DNA of 64,000 nucleotides from Utricularia gibba (taxonomy: Eukaryota; Plantae; Magnoliophyta), in assembly GCA_002189035.1 (NCBI GenBank), contig NEEC01000023.1, forward strand, positions 62,001 to 126,000, in the 5' to 3' direction. Position numbers and translations under genes: made by a program. The notes beneath the pieces were generated by a model. It was given only the letters and a program-made list of their open reading frames with translations. It ran no database searches and had not been told where the DNA came from. Position 1 is the stretch's first letter. Each line of letters starts with the position of its first letter. Below, piece by piece: positions 37,693 through 50,472 of this stretch.

Positions 37693-39018
37693 TCATTTTT
37701 CCAAAATATTTCATTTGTACTTGTGGATGCATCATCTTAAGTAATAAAAAAAAATCAAGTCACGCCCGTGATTTTCAAATTATTAAGAAAAAATAAAAAA
37801 AATAAAAATATTAAACCACTTTTGATTTAATAAATTTTAAAATTAATATTCATCGTATAGAAATATGCATAATAATTTTGATTGTAGTAAATGAATGACG
37901 CGGGCACTAAAGATGATGAGAGTGTGGTTGGGCCAAGAACGTTATTAAACAAAGAAGGCCCAATGTACATTCATATCCCTCCACGTCATAAGCCCAAACA
38001 AGGTTGCGCTCTTTCTCTCACATAATAATAAGATTAAAATTTTATATTGAATTGATTCATTTTTTCACATACGTATTATTAGATGGTCAGATTTCTAAAT
38101 ATTCCTTATCCAAAATAGTCTTGGAACACTAGAGATATTAGAATGATAAACGCTATTAAAACAAATAATGATACATCAGAAGTTGAAAATAGTTGAAAAT
38201 GAAATAATTAAATATATAACAAATTATAAATTAATAATAATTAATTAAATCTAATCTTTTTATTATGATCTATGTATTATTATATGTTTGAGTTTTACAT
38301 ATGTTCGCTCCATCAATCAAATCTTTAATTTCAATAAAAAAACCCAATGAATTAAAAACTCGATTTTTGATTCATCCATATTGTATATTTTAGGTGCAAA
38401 CATCATCACAACCATGTCGTTACAATAATCATATGATATGAAGTTGAATTGGTGCCCACCCCTAGTCTAGTACACATGAAGCACGAGCCTTCGTGTGGCT
38501 GATAAAATGGTCATAGTTCATGCGTGGTTAGTAATAGCTGTCCAAGTTGGGAGTGTATGTCCGTCCTTTTTTATGTTATGAAAAATGAGCACATGGGTTC
38601 TTCTTCTGTGTCCCTCTTCAGAAGCACCAAACGAGCACATGGGTGTTGATGTTACTGCTTGTTTTGATCCTTACAAGTTGACCTCAATTGGGGGGACACA
38701 TGAAAAAGGATTTGCATCTCGAAAACCGTTTACATCTGTAAGAGTTGGACTGGAGTTTTTGGTGTGTTGCAGAAAGATGATGATGATGAGGCTAGTACGG
38801 AGGTTGGAGTATCTATGCGTTGAACAATTAATAATCAAGTAAAAGTCATCGTGGTTGTGGGTGGCTCAGGGTTAACAACTATGAAGAAACTTGCACTAAA
38901 AAAATGGACTCGGGAAACGTCCTTGGGTCGGTCTTTCTTCTTCCACCGACGTGAAGGTTATGGTCTTTCTGAGAGAGAGGAACCCGAGTCTTTGATTGAT
39001 AGGTAGGCGATTTGTGGA

Positions 39019-39527
39019 ATGGAGATATTGATATCTCTGTTCGTGCTGTTCTTGGCAGTTGTGGTTGTGGTTGTGATTCACATATGCATCGTGGGGAGGA
39101 CCTTACGCCGGCAGGGTGAAGGAGTGTTTATGGCGGATGGGAGAAGGAGATTGGGGAGCAACAGCATGACACGTGGGGAGATTGAGAGGCTCCCGAGTTT
39201 CCACTTCACCTCGCCGGAGAAGGCTTCAAGTCCCGCGGCGGACTGCGCTGTGTGCCTCGAGAAATTCAGGGGGGAGAAAAGTGCAGGCTTTTGCCTTCTT
39301 GTAATCACAGTTTCCACGCGGAGTGCGTCGATGCTTGGCTTGTGAGAAGCTCGCTTTGCCCTGTTTGCCGAACTGGAGCTAATCATGGTAAAGATGGCTG
39401 CTTTCCTGACAGAATACACACGCAGAGTCTTCCGCTTGAAGCTCAAACTGCAACAGCAGGAGAAAATGGGACTGCGATTCAGATCCAGGAAGGTGTAAAT
39501 ATGGATGAAAACCCATCCCATCGCTGA
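39019..39527 (+). CDS. ATL-family RING-H2 E3 ligase, intronless
   Basis: N-terminal TM helix, DCAVCLEKF, then GEKCRLLPSCNHSFHAECVDAWL...CPVCR after restoring one G in the G6 run at 39269-39274. Confidence 0.88.
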
Positions 39528-40038
39528 CACCCCAAAATCTCTGTACTTTTATGTCAAGTTAGAAAACAAGATTCACCCACGTTAAGAAAAATTATTTCTG
39601 GGTGGTTTTTAATACTGGGCTTTGTGTGTAGTCTTTGCCAGCGCGAGACTCTCTACAAGTTGCGTCTTTTGCTCCTCCTGGTATGTGGGTTTCCCATATT
39701 TGTTAACATTCAGAGTTCTGTTTGTCGTGCGAATAGAAAATGAGATAATATCAGACTCTGAGGAATTGAGGTGTTTGGGAATGTGAAGACAATAAAGCGG
39801 CACACTGCAATGGTGTGCTGCTGAAGTTGCATTCATGGTAATGATATAACACTGCAAACGCCGAGGTCCCGACTTTGCTTTTGTTGCATTTGCCTTCAGT
39901 TTTACTACTTATCTACTTTTTCACGCTCTCCTCTCTCCTCATTTACTGCGCTTGGGGAAAGGGGATTCATGGTAGTGTGTATGTATATAACACGCGAGAG
40001 AATGTCTGAAATGCTCTGGTTTCTCAACTCTTTGTAAG

Positions 40039-42227
40039 ATGGGTAAAGCTTCTGGGCTCATCCTTGTTGCATTTCTAGGGGTTCTGATTCATGGGTCTTC
40101 ATGTGTTTCTGCATCCTCAACTTCAAGTAAGTTCTGATTGTGCCTTCTGACTGCAAGTTTCGATGGATGAGAACCGAGGGTTATACGAATTTTTCAGGAA
40201 TCGTAGCTGGGGTTGTTAACAATGTCGCCTCCACAATCATCAAACGCCTTTGGTCTCTGAAACCACCCAGTAAAACTGGTATTTGATTGCACAACTGATG
40301 TTTCTGTTTCTGCAACGTTTCGGTGAAAATGGGTTCATGGGTTTCTGTCATTCAGTGATTCCTAGCCGCTCCATGATGAAATTCGAAAGCGGTTACAATG
40401 TCGAAACCGTGTTTGATGGAAGCAAGCTAGGAATTGAGCCTCACTCTCTGGGGATCTCTTCGGAAGGAGACATTTTGATATTGGACTCTGAAAACAGCAA
40501 CATTTACAGAATTTCAAACCCTTTGTCTCGATGTGAGTGTTTGCTACCTTCATCCATAATGCATATGAAATCCATAGTTCATGTATTTGTGCTAGGGATA
40601 TCTGCATTGTCAGGATTTCCTTTCTGGGATTCCTTTCTTGACCTCTACTCGACTGGTATCTGCTTTAGCAAGGAATAATAAGAAGTAGCTCTTTTATTCC
40701 GGTGCTTTACATCTTTTAATTGGTTTTCACTTTTCCTAAAGTGCTTCCACAGCTTTAACTTGTCTCTGCTCAGCTGAATGCGCTTCATTTCTGTTCAATA
40801 CTACATTCTTGTTAGCAGACAGCAGGCCCAAGTTGCTAACCGGATCCATGGAGGGGCACACCGGCCATGTAGATGCAAGGCTACGAGATGCAAGAATGAA
40901 CCATCCAAAGGGTCTGGCTGTGGATGACAGTGGCAATATATATGTTGCAGATACCATGAATATGGCGATCCGCAAGATCACCGATACCGGTTTAGTAACT
41001 ATCATCAGCATCAAAACGACCATTTTTTCCCTGTAGGAACTGGATTTGAACTAATTGGTTACTCTCTGCAGGAGTTGTGACAATAGCAGGAGGAAAATCA
41101 GGCCGAGGAGGACATGTTGATGGTCCAAGTGAAGATGCCAAGTTTTCAAATGATTTTGACGTGATTTATGTTGCAAGTAGCTGCTCTCTTTTGGTTGTCG
41201 ACCGGGGTAACCGTGTGATCCGTGAAATCCATCTCCGGGAAGATGATTGTGCTCGCCATGAAGAAGAAAACAATCTTCATTTAGGTAGTAAGAAGCCTCA
41301 AGTCTTCATTCCACTGGATTGGCTACTCACACTGCTCTCATCTCAGGCATTGCTGTTCTCGCTGCTGCCTGTTTCTTTGGCTATATGTTGGCACTGTTGC
41401 AAACCCGGATCGCCTCGATTCTTCGAAGCAAACCGGTGAGCACAAAACATTGTCTTTCCAACTTTCCTTGCAGTGGAATTGAAACACCTGAAGATTAGCT
41501 GTGTTTTATGAGCAAGTTTTGTCCTGTTTTATCGCAGAAAATGGAGACATACGGTGAGGCTACAACTCCGGCGCCATATCAGAGTGCTCACCCTCAGAGA
41601 TCTATGCGCCCGCCCCTGATTCCTCCTGATGTGGAATATGAAAAGCAAGAAGAGGGCTTGTTCACTGCAACAGGGAAATTGATCCTCTCAGCAGGCTCGG
41701 CTTTTTTTGATATCTTCATCGGGCTTGTTCCAAGCTTCAAGAAGAAAACACTGCACCATGCTCAGCACCTTCATCACCATCCGCGATCGAGGATCAAGGG
41801 AGATTTGCCTGTCCCCGAGACCTTCATAATCCCACGAGACGACGAGACCCCGCCAGTGGAACCCAGAGATCACACTCCAAGAAGAAGCTATCCTCTCTCA
41901 GCCAAGGATGTCGAGAGGGAGAAGTCTCGCCATTTCAAGCCAAGCCGGGGAGGTTACAGCCGGTGGGACAGAGACTACCACCCGCAGCCTCCTCCGCCGC
42001 AACGCCATCTCCAGCACCAGAAGCACCACCCATCCAGACCTCAAACTTATTATGAGCAGCAGAGAGGTGATGATGAGCCAAATGAAATCGTCTTTGGAGC
42101 AGTACAAGAGCGAGATGGTCGGGGGGAGGCAATGGTTATCAAAGCTGTTGACTATAGAGATGCTTTCAATAGCAATCAGACTGTAAGATCAAGATATAAC
42201 TATATGAGCTATGCTTATGGATATTAA
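40039..42227 (+). CDS. NHL-repeat domain protein with signal peptide and TM segment
   Basis: KFESGYNVETVFDGSKLGIEP, ARMNHPKGLAVDDSGNIYVADTMNMAIRKI, TIAGGK, AKFSNDFDVIY, IAVLAAACFFGYMLALLQ, EIVFGAVQE. Confidence 0.9.
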
Positions 42228-42851
42228 CACATTAGAACTCACACTAGTAGATATTCCCTTTCTTCTTCTCTTATTACAACAGTGCATCCTGCTTGTCATT
42301 TCTATCAAAATCAGCAAGTCTGTCACAAGGATTCCATGCTTTTCTACAAGGTGCATTTGCTTTCAAAACTACCATAAAAACAGAAAATCAAACTCAGGGC
42401 GATCCCCTTCCGGTGTCCCAATGCATTCATAATGTGATGTCCTTCACCCGGAGCGGGAGCAGGAGCAGGAGCAGAGTGTGCTAACATAGCCACATGGTTT
42501 GCAGTGAAGAATCGTACTTTTGGAACGCTGAGAATCGTCCGGAGCGAATTGCAGTGAAGATGATGACAAAAATAAGATGAAAAACAAGAAAGAGTTGAGC
42601 TTGGAGGCCATGAATATGGCTTCAAGAGAGTACAGTAGTATTAAGATTGATTTTTGTTGATGGTTGCTTCAGTATGGTATATGTGAGTATCGGATTCTTA
42701 GACATTCCTCTCTTGAGAGTTTCCCAGAACAAGGGATTGGGAGAACTTAGAATGACAGCAAAACTCAAGCACAGAAGATGTATTGGTTTGATTTCAGTAG
42801 CAAGCCATGCAGTTTTCTGTTGAGAGAATATGCGAAAAAGTATGAAACTTG

Positions 42852-43931
42852 TTAAACAGCCGCTGCTCTGTGCATCCATGTTACATCCAACTTGGGAGAA
42901 GTTAGATTGCCATCTGTGGTTTCATTGCACTGGGAAGCATATTTGCCCTTCTTGGACCATAACCAAATCTTGGAAACAGAATAGCTATCAGTCTTTGTTC
43001 CAATACTTATCTTCTTCCCTCTGTTGCTTCCATGTAACGAAGGATCACCATGTCCTCCAGTAGAAAGCGTTGGGCTTTTTCTTGTAGTATTAGGACTCAA
43101 AGCCACCCTGAGATTCATGTCTCTGACGATATACTGATAAGAACCCATGGAGTAGCATCTTCTTGCATCAAGTCTACTGCTGCTACTTCCTTCTTCTCCT
43201 CCTCCTGCTGCTTCATTCATTTTCCTAAACTTTCCAAGCCTCACAGGGAAAACCCCCTTCCCTCGTGCAATTTCTTCGATTTCGACTCGTTTTTGTAACA
43301 CTGAGAGACCATTATCAACATGGCTTTGGCAGCCATCTTCTTCTCGGGACTCTTGGAGTTCAAAAATCGGATTATCCATCGGGAAACCTGCACCTGCACT
43401 GAAAAGAGTGCCTCTGCAGAGAGGGCAGGTTGAATTTGAGAGAAGCCAAGTATCAATGCAGCTTATATGGAAAGCATGGCTACAAAGAGGCAGTAATCTC
43501 AGTCGATCAGTCTCTGTGAATTCACTCAAACAAACAGCACAATCGAGATGCTCTTTTTGACCTTCAATCTCTTTATACGTGAACACAGGCAATGCATCTA
43601 TAAAAGCTTGATCTAAGCCAGAATCATGGAGGTTAAAGAGCTGCCGGAGCTGCCTTTGAAGAGCATCAGATGCTGATTCATCCAAGTTTCTGTTAGACTC
43701 ATGAGATGAAGATGAGTTCTTCATGAGATATCTAACAAGCAAGTGAAGAAGACCAGAAATGAAGAAAAGAACAGCCAAGGTTACTATAACGAACACAACA
43801 GCAGGACTATTCCTCGATTCTCTATGGCTACCCCAGAAACATCTGAGGGGTGAACTGGAGGAGATGGGCCTAACCCATCTGTTTGATGACGAATCCATGA
43901 AACTTTCAAATGGGAGTGCCCAGAACTCCAT
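42852..43931 (-). CDS. ATL46: ATL46-like RING-H2 E3 ligase
   Basis: [59 protein letters not shown]...[50 protein letters not shown]. The true start may be slightly further upstream in another frame. Confidence 0.9.
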   Translation of the reverse strand: MEFWALPFESFMDSSSNRWVRPISSSSPLRCFWGSHRESRNSPAVVFVIVTLAVLFFISGLLHLLVRYLMKNSSSSHESNRNLDESASDALQRQLRQLFNLHDSGLDQAFIDALPVFTYKEIEGQKEHLDCAVCLSEFTETDRLRLLPLCSHAFHISCIDTWLLSNSTCPLCRGTLFSAGAGFPMDNPIFELQESREEDGCQSHVDNGLSVLQKRVEIEEIARGKGVFPVRLGKFRKMNEAAGGGEEGSSSSRLDARRCYSMGSYQYIVRDMNLRVALSPNTTRKSPTLSTGGHGDPSLHGSNRGKKISIGTKTDSYSVSKIWLWSKKGKYASQCNETTDGNLTSPKLDVTWMHRAAAV

Positions 43932-45400
43932 CTCTGCACTTCCATTGAAGTGTTGGGAGAAACAGCTCGATAGAAATACAAGCTTCTGCTACGAAAAGAC
44001 AGATTAAAAGGGTCTACAATCCGGCAAAAGCGAGATACAAGAAGACAATCTTTTGACTAAGTTGTCTGAAAGCACCAATACCAGAAAGTTAAGCAGAAGA
44101 AACAAGATTGGGGATGGGGAAAAATAAGTAACAGTTTCTGCTCGTTTTCAGTTACAAAGGCTCAAGAAACTGATTTCCCTTGAAAGAAAGGGGCAAGATG
44201 CGCACATCCACCTCATTTATTCACAAACATTGCGCCCGAGAAAGACAACAGTTACTTTCAAAGATCGAATCTTTACCTAAGTTGATACCCAACCACCCTC
44301 CTAACATGCGCATCGGGAATCTTATTCAGACAAAAACGCAGCCGTGAACATAAATTCCTTTTTCAGCGAGTTTTGCTTAGAAGATGAAAGAAAGAAAAAC
44401 AGCACAAGCTCCGACCAAGTGGAAAGTGAAGCCATCACAAGAACACATAATAGCCCAAAATAGACGGAAAACGAAACATCATAAAACCAGCCCAGCATAA
44501 GAATTTTTCAACACGGAGGTGGGAAGCAATTGTGGACAAGTAGGGACTGGGATGGCGCTAGTTAACAAAACAACCGATAAAGTTGTATGCATAGCAAAGA
44601 CAAGGGCTTTGATTTTTCCTAACAAAAAGGAAAGAAATGGAAAAGGAAGAAGATGGGAAAGCGAAAGATCCGGTTTAGGGAATTTGAACGCAGTGACCGT
44701 GCAGACAAGACAAGCGCCTCTCCTCATGCAGCCTGTTGCTTCTCCTTCGCAAATACGCTCCCTCATTTCTTCCATAAAAAGCTTAAAACGAGCTAAATCC
44801 CCAAACAAAACCGAACTTGTCCCAGTTCACAAGAAAGACAGTGGGGTTGCTCGTGGATGAATAGGTGGACAAGACACACGTAAGTGTCATTGTGATTGTT
44901 CCATTTAGTGAAAAAGTTGTGGCTGCCTCCACAGCGTTGCAGTGGAGAATGCCGATTGCCAGTCAGCCACCCCAGCCCAGCCCAGTCGCGATCTGCACTT
45001 GCCGTCACTCCGGTAGACCGACGCTCGGCTCTATATAAATAGATGAATTTTCATGAATTTTAAAAATGGTTTAGATCATGGAATGGGTTGTATGAAAGTT
45101 TTGGGCTTTTGGTTTTCATTTTGTGGCCCAAAGTATGTTCATCAGAAGAAATGGCCGGTTTTCGGACGAACAAAAGCCCTAGTTCATCCGTCCTCCGGAA
45201 GTCTGCTCGGACCTTGCGAGATTCGAGAAGCTTGCTTCGGGTTTCACGGTCCCTCTTGGAAGGGCGGTTTTCGTCTGAATACGGATTCTCCATTCGCAGC
45301 TTTTGGGATACTGGTCGGGCGACTTCTGAGAGGGATTCCGGTGCTGCTTCGGCGTTCCTGAGACGGCCTTTTTTTTGTGCAGTTGGATTAGTGTATTTTC

Positions 45401-47439
45401 ATGGCTCGAAGGATTCTTGCGAGGAACTTCTTCCATTTCAGAAGTTTTCTTCCTCGTGAAACGCTGAATAGTATATTGAAAGAAACGAAGCCTATTGACT
45501 TGGTGAAAAAAGGCATTCAGGTTGTGAAGGAAGAGTTAAAAGGGAATCCGAATCGGAGAAAACACCTAGAATATGATGCTTTCTCTGGTGCTGGCTCTCA
45601 AAACATTGAAAAGAGTGCAAGAACGGACATGGTTGTGATGCCTTCAAAGCAATCACGGTTGGGTAAGAAATGGAGGAATTCAAGAATAAGGTGCTTTGGT
45701 CGTGTAATTGCATATGTTATCCTGTGTTTCTTCATATCTCAAACTGATATCACGCTAGCATGTTCCAGATGCGTGGACATCCCGCATTCAAGAGCTTCCG
45801 TGGGTTTAGTGAGCCAGTAATTCAAAAGACACAAGAGGTACTACGTTGCTGACCAGCAGTTTCAGAGTTTCCACATTTAAATCTTCAAAAATCTGTTCAA
45901 AATTGTATTTTCTTTCTTGACGTTTCCTGCACGGTATCATGATTTTAGTGTGGTCGATAGTTTTTTAGAGTATGGTATTTCATTACCTGGCTTCTAGATC
46001 GGCGAGGACATGCGGGAGAGATGGGAAACAAGTGATCACCCTGTTGTTCACAAAATACAAGAGTGAGTTCAGAGGCATTTCTTTTGTTATGCCTGTGTGC
46101 ATGTTTTGTTTTTATTTCCCAATTGTCCAAGACTGAGGTTAATTTGTAAAAAAATGATTGCAAATCTGTGCTCCAGCATTAGTGAAACCGTTCTTGGAGA
46201 ATCACATACTGCAATGTCATTTAAAGAGATTCGACGCAGAGAACCGTAAGATAAAGATTTCTCTTATTTTCCTGTCAATACCCTTCTTCTGTGCATATGA
46301 GTATGGATTGTTGCAGGACATTTTCTTTACCTGATTTCGTTGCTGATGTTCAAGAAATTATCAAACCAGTTCTGCTTGCGTATTTCAAGGTAATATTTGA
46401 TGATTGTTTGAAAAAATAATGGATTTTACGCCAGTGGTTGACATCTTGCGTTAATTTCATGATTTTTTTTTCATTTTTAGACAATATCATAAAATATAAT
46501 TGTCAATAGCATGTAAAAAGTAGAGAAATTACTTTTCAAACCTGTACGGAGGGTGTGGTCATTGCATGCATCACAATGCTGGTCATCGTCTTGCCGTTAA
46601 GCCAGTCACTTTGTTTTCTGCTGCATTTAAGACGTCTATGCTGCAGGCGGATTCAGAAGTTTTAAAGAAGTATTGTACTCCTTCATTGATTGAGCGGTGT
46701 AAACACGAGCATAGAGCTTATGAAAGTCAAGGGATATTTTTTGAGAACAAGGTACGAATTTTTTTTTTTTTTTGTATAGTTTTATTTGCTTGTGAGTTTC
46801 AGTGACGTGATTGATCCCGTGCAATTGTAGATTTTACATATTTCCGAAGCTGATGTCCTAGAGACCAAAATGATTGGAGACTCTCCTGTCATTGTTGTCC
46901 GTGTAAGGACTAGTAACACTATCTCCTTTTCATGTCTCTTCTCTATCTGTTTGTCGGGTGAGTTGTTATTTAATGCAAGCTAGTTATTTGACGCCACAAC
47001 ATGTGCAGTTTCAGACGCATCAAGTGTACTGCATTCGTGACCAGCTAGGCTCAATAAAAGATGGTAGCCAGGTAGACTGAGAAGCTTTCTCATACACGTT
47101 TGCTTTGAGCTTTGCCCATTGACAGCTGATCAAGGAATTTTTTGTGCTATTGTGAACCGAGGGATTTTTCATGAATACAATCGTCTGCTGCCTCCTCTGA
47201 CTGCCCCTGCGACATTGCATAAAAAAAAAGAAACTGCATCCCCTGGCTTCTAGTTCCTGAACATTTGTTACTGCTATTCATGCCTTTGCCGTTTATTGAT
47301 GGTACAGGACACAATCCAAACTGTAATCTACGCTTGGGCGATGCAACAGCTGGTCCCCGAAGAGCATGGAGAGGACGTTCCATACCCACTGTGGAAGCTT
47401 CGAGAAATGCTGCAGTTCAACACTCGGGCCCTAATCTGA
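45401..47439 (+). CDS. TIM44: Mitochondrial import inner membrane translocase subunit TIM44, short form
   Basis: Presequence-like [91 protein letters not shown]...WKLREM. One base is missing at 45672-45673. Confidence 0.92.
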
Positions 47440-48508
47440 TTACCCTCTTTTTGAGTTGACCGAGCTCCGAGACCGGGATCACACAGGTCAGTCAGAGTAG
47501 GGTTATTCAGTTCTCGAGTAGTTAGGATTGAATAACTAATACGCATGCATAATCCTCTCCCCCTGTCTGTGGCTCTGCGTTTTTCAATGTGACTGAGCTC
47601 CGACTCTTCGTGGTGGCATGCCACGGGAGTCGAGAATACTTTGTATACTGGAGTGGCCAAATTCTTTTATTTATTTTCATCGAGGGACATTTCGGAAGTG
47701 AATTGAATCGTATTAATCATGGTTTTTTTTTATTGTTTGTATGTGATCTTTTCCTGAAAATGGTAGAGCATTTTTGGTGGTAGTTTTAAAGTTAAAACTA
47801 TATTTGATGTGCATCAATTTGAGAGATGATGATTTTCTGGGAAGACGTGTTTTAGAATAAAATAATATAAAATTATGATGATAATAATATTATATAATTA
47901 GATGGGTGGAGATGAACATTTAATATGCTAAAACACTGATTTAAAGCAGCTGGTGACGTGAGATATAGGAGCACAGCACTTCCACAAGTTGGTCCCAATT
48001 TCATGATGGGGACTGCTCTGGAGAAGAAGAAGTTGGTGTTGGTTTCCCCTCCAGGGAAAGCAGAACAACGAACGACGCTGCATGTTGTGCGCAGTTTCGT
48101 GCACCATCAAGTTTCGTAACATTTGTTTTGTAGATGTAGAGCAGAGCAGCACATCAAAAAGAAGGAAAAAAAAGGAAAAAAGTTAGTTACTTGGGGAGGG
48201 CTGGGCCCTTGCCTTCATTAATGTGTGTGGAGTTGGAGTGGAGTGCACACACACACCACGGACCGGCACTGAAGACGACAAAAGTGCTTCTTTTTTGTTT
48301 TCTTTATCTGCCTGCGGCTTGGCTTGTGATACGACAACTGCAAGTCCTCTACTTGGGCTTGCAAGCATTCATTCACTTGGATTATTAAAAAGGGATGGAT
48401 GGATGAGAGCATCTCATCTCTGCCTGCCGGACACCCCCAAGACGTGGCTTGCCGCTCCCGTGTGACATCATAAAGCTCACGATCCTCCGACCCACCCCCC
48501 AGACCGGA

Positions 48509-50080
48509 ATGGCGACCCCAGCTGCTACAAGCATCTCCTTCCCTTCGCCGCCCTTGTGACTATGGAGGCCATCAACGTTACGCTCAACACGCTCTTCAAG
48601 CTCGCCACGCGCCAGGGGATGAGCCGCCACGTCTTCCTTGTTTACGCCTACGCCGTCGCCGCCCTCCTCCTCCTCCCCTCCCTTTCTTCTCCGCCCGGTT
48701 AGTTACTTACTTACCTTCCCTTCGATTTTAACTCCAATTATTCGGCGACCTGGGATTGACTCTTTCTTTTCGCAGATCACGGGTGCTTCCGCCGTTGACA
48801 TTCAGAATCATGATCAAGATTTTTCTCCTGGGAGTCGTTGGGTAAGGAATTCATCCCCGATCGTCGATCCCGCGGCGGTAGTTGATGGTTTTTGCTTGTG
48901 GGCGCAGGTATGTTTCGCAAATAATGGGCTACACGGGGATCAATTTCGCGTCTCCGACGCTGGCTTCCGCCATGAGCAACCTCACTCCGGCCTTCACCTT
49001 CCTCCTCGCTGTAATTTTCAGGTCTTTTTCTGCTTTGGGTTTTTCCGACGGTGGGTCCTTCCACAAGTCTCTTGTTGTGTTCTCTACACTCGGATTGCCT
49101 TTGTGTTCACGCAACCCAAGTCAATAATGATTTGGTACCACAGGATGGAGAAAGTCGAATTCGCCAGCGTCAGCAGCCGAGCCAAACTCCTCGGCACCGC
49201 CGTCTCAATCGCCGGAGCCTTCATCGTTACTTTCTACCACGGCCCAAGTCTCAGTCCCACCTCCTCCTCGTCCACTTCCCCTGTTATCGCGCTTCGTCAA
49301 TCTTCGCCGCAGTCAAATTGGATTTTCGGCAGCCTATTCCTCACAGTGGAGTATTTCCTCGTCCCCGTCTGGTACATTATTCAGGTACCAGTGATCAATC
49401 TCAAACTGTGAAGTCATTCATTCCTTCACTCAGATTCTCCATGTCTCTTCCTCTGTAGGTACACATCATGAAGGAATTCCCATCAGAGCTAACCATAGTC
49501 TTCTTCTACACCGCCTTTGTGAGCATTCTTGCTGCCCTTTTTGGCTCATTCATTGAGCGGGATTCCAGTAAATGGTTAATCACACCCAGTGTGGCCTTAG
49601 CCTCCATTTTATGCTCTGTAAGCAAGCATCAGACCTGTTAATCTTCCTCTGTGGCATAAACAGAAACAAAACACTGATCTCTCTTATCTGAAACCAGGGA
49701 ATCTTCGGGTGTGGCATAAACAACGCTGTTCATACTTGGGCATTGCACTTGAGGGGCCCTGTGTACGTCGCCATGTTCAAGCCCCTTTCGATCGCAATCG
49801 CGGCCGCCATGGGAGTCATCATCCTCGGCGACACTCTGTATCTTGGAAGGTAAAGATAGATAGCAACCAAATCCTCCCCTCTGGTTTGGGACTACTTACC
49901 AACAACACCACTGTGTGATGACAGCATCATTGGGCTACAACCATTGCCATTGGATTCTACACCGTGATGTGGGGAAAAGCCAAAGAGGAGCTGACTGAAA
50001 TCGGTGCAAACACCAGCAGTGACTTGGAATCAGCTGCCTCCCAGAAAGCTCCTCTGCTGCAGTCCAGGAGTAGAGAATAA
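48509..50080 (+). CDS. WAT1-related / UMAMIT EamA transporter (three single-base frame breaks)
   Basis: [97 protein letters not shown]. Breaks at 48516-48519, 48680-48682 and 49932-49934. Confidence 0.88.
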
Positions 50081-50472
50081 AAAGATGATGACTTGGGAGG
50101 TGAGGAGCGAATCCCACCTCAGCCCATCTATTATTGGAAGACAACACACAGCAAGGCACAGCTTGTTTGGTTTGTATCAGCGAGCGGCATTCCAGGCGTG
50201 TTGTATAGTAAGCAGTATCAAGTGTCCCCAACTCCTATTTGTGGGAAGAAAATGGGACTACGTCAATAAATGTATTTAAAGTACATATAAATAATTTGAA
50301 ATGAAAATAATGAATTAAATTATGATTAAATGAATAAAAATAATAATTTAAACTATTAATTTTAAAAAATAAAATTTATTTTTTGGTGGGCCAAAATGGA
50401 TGTGGGCTTAACTTTCGTTGTTATAGATATTTAACCGGCCCGCTGGACGGATCTCAGCCGTACGGTCTGACC

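Noticed and set aside
40746-40757. miR396 5' match TTCCACAGCTTT in an NHL intron
   Set aside because: Only 12 nt match and there is no complementary arm.
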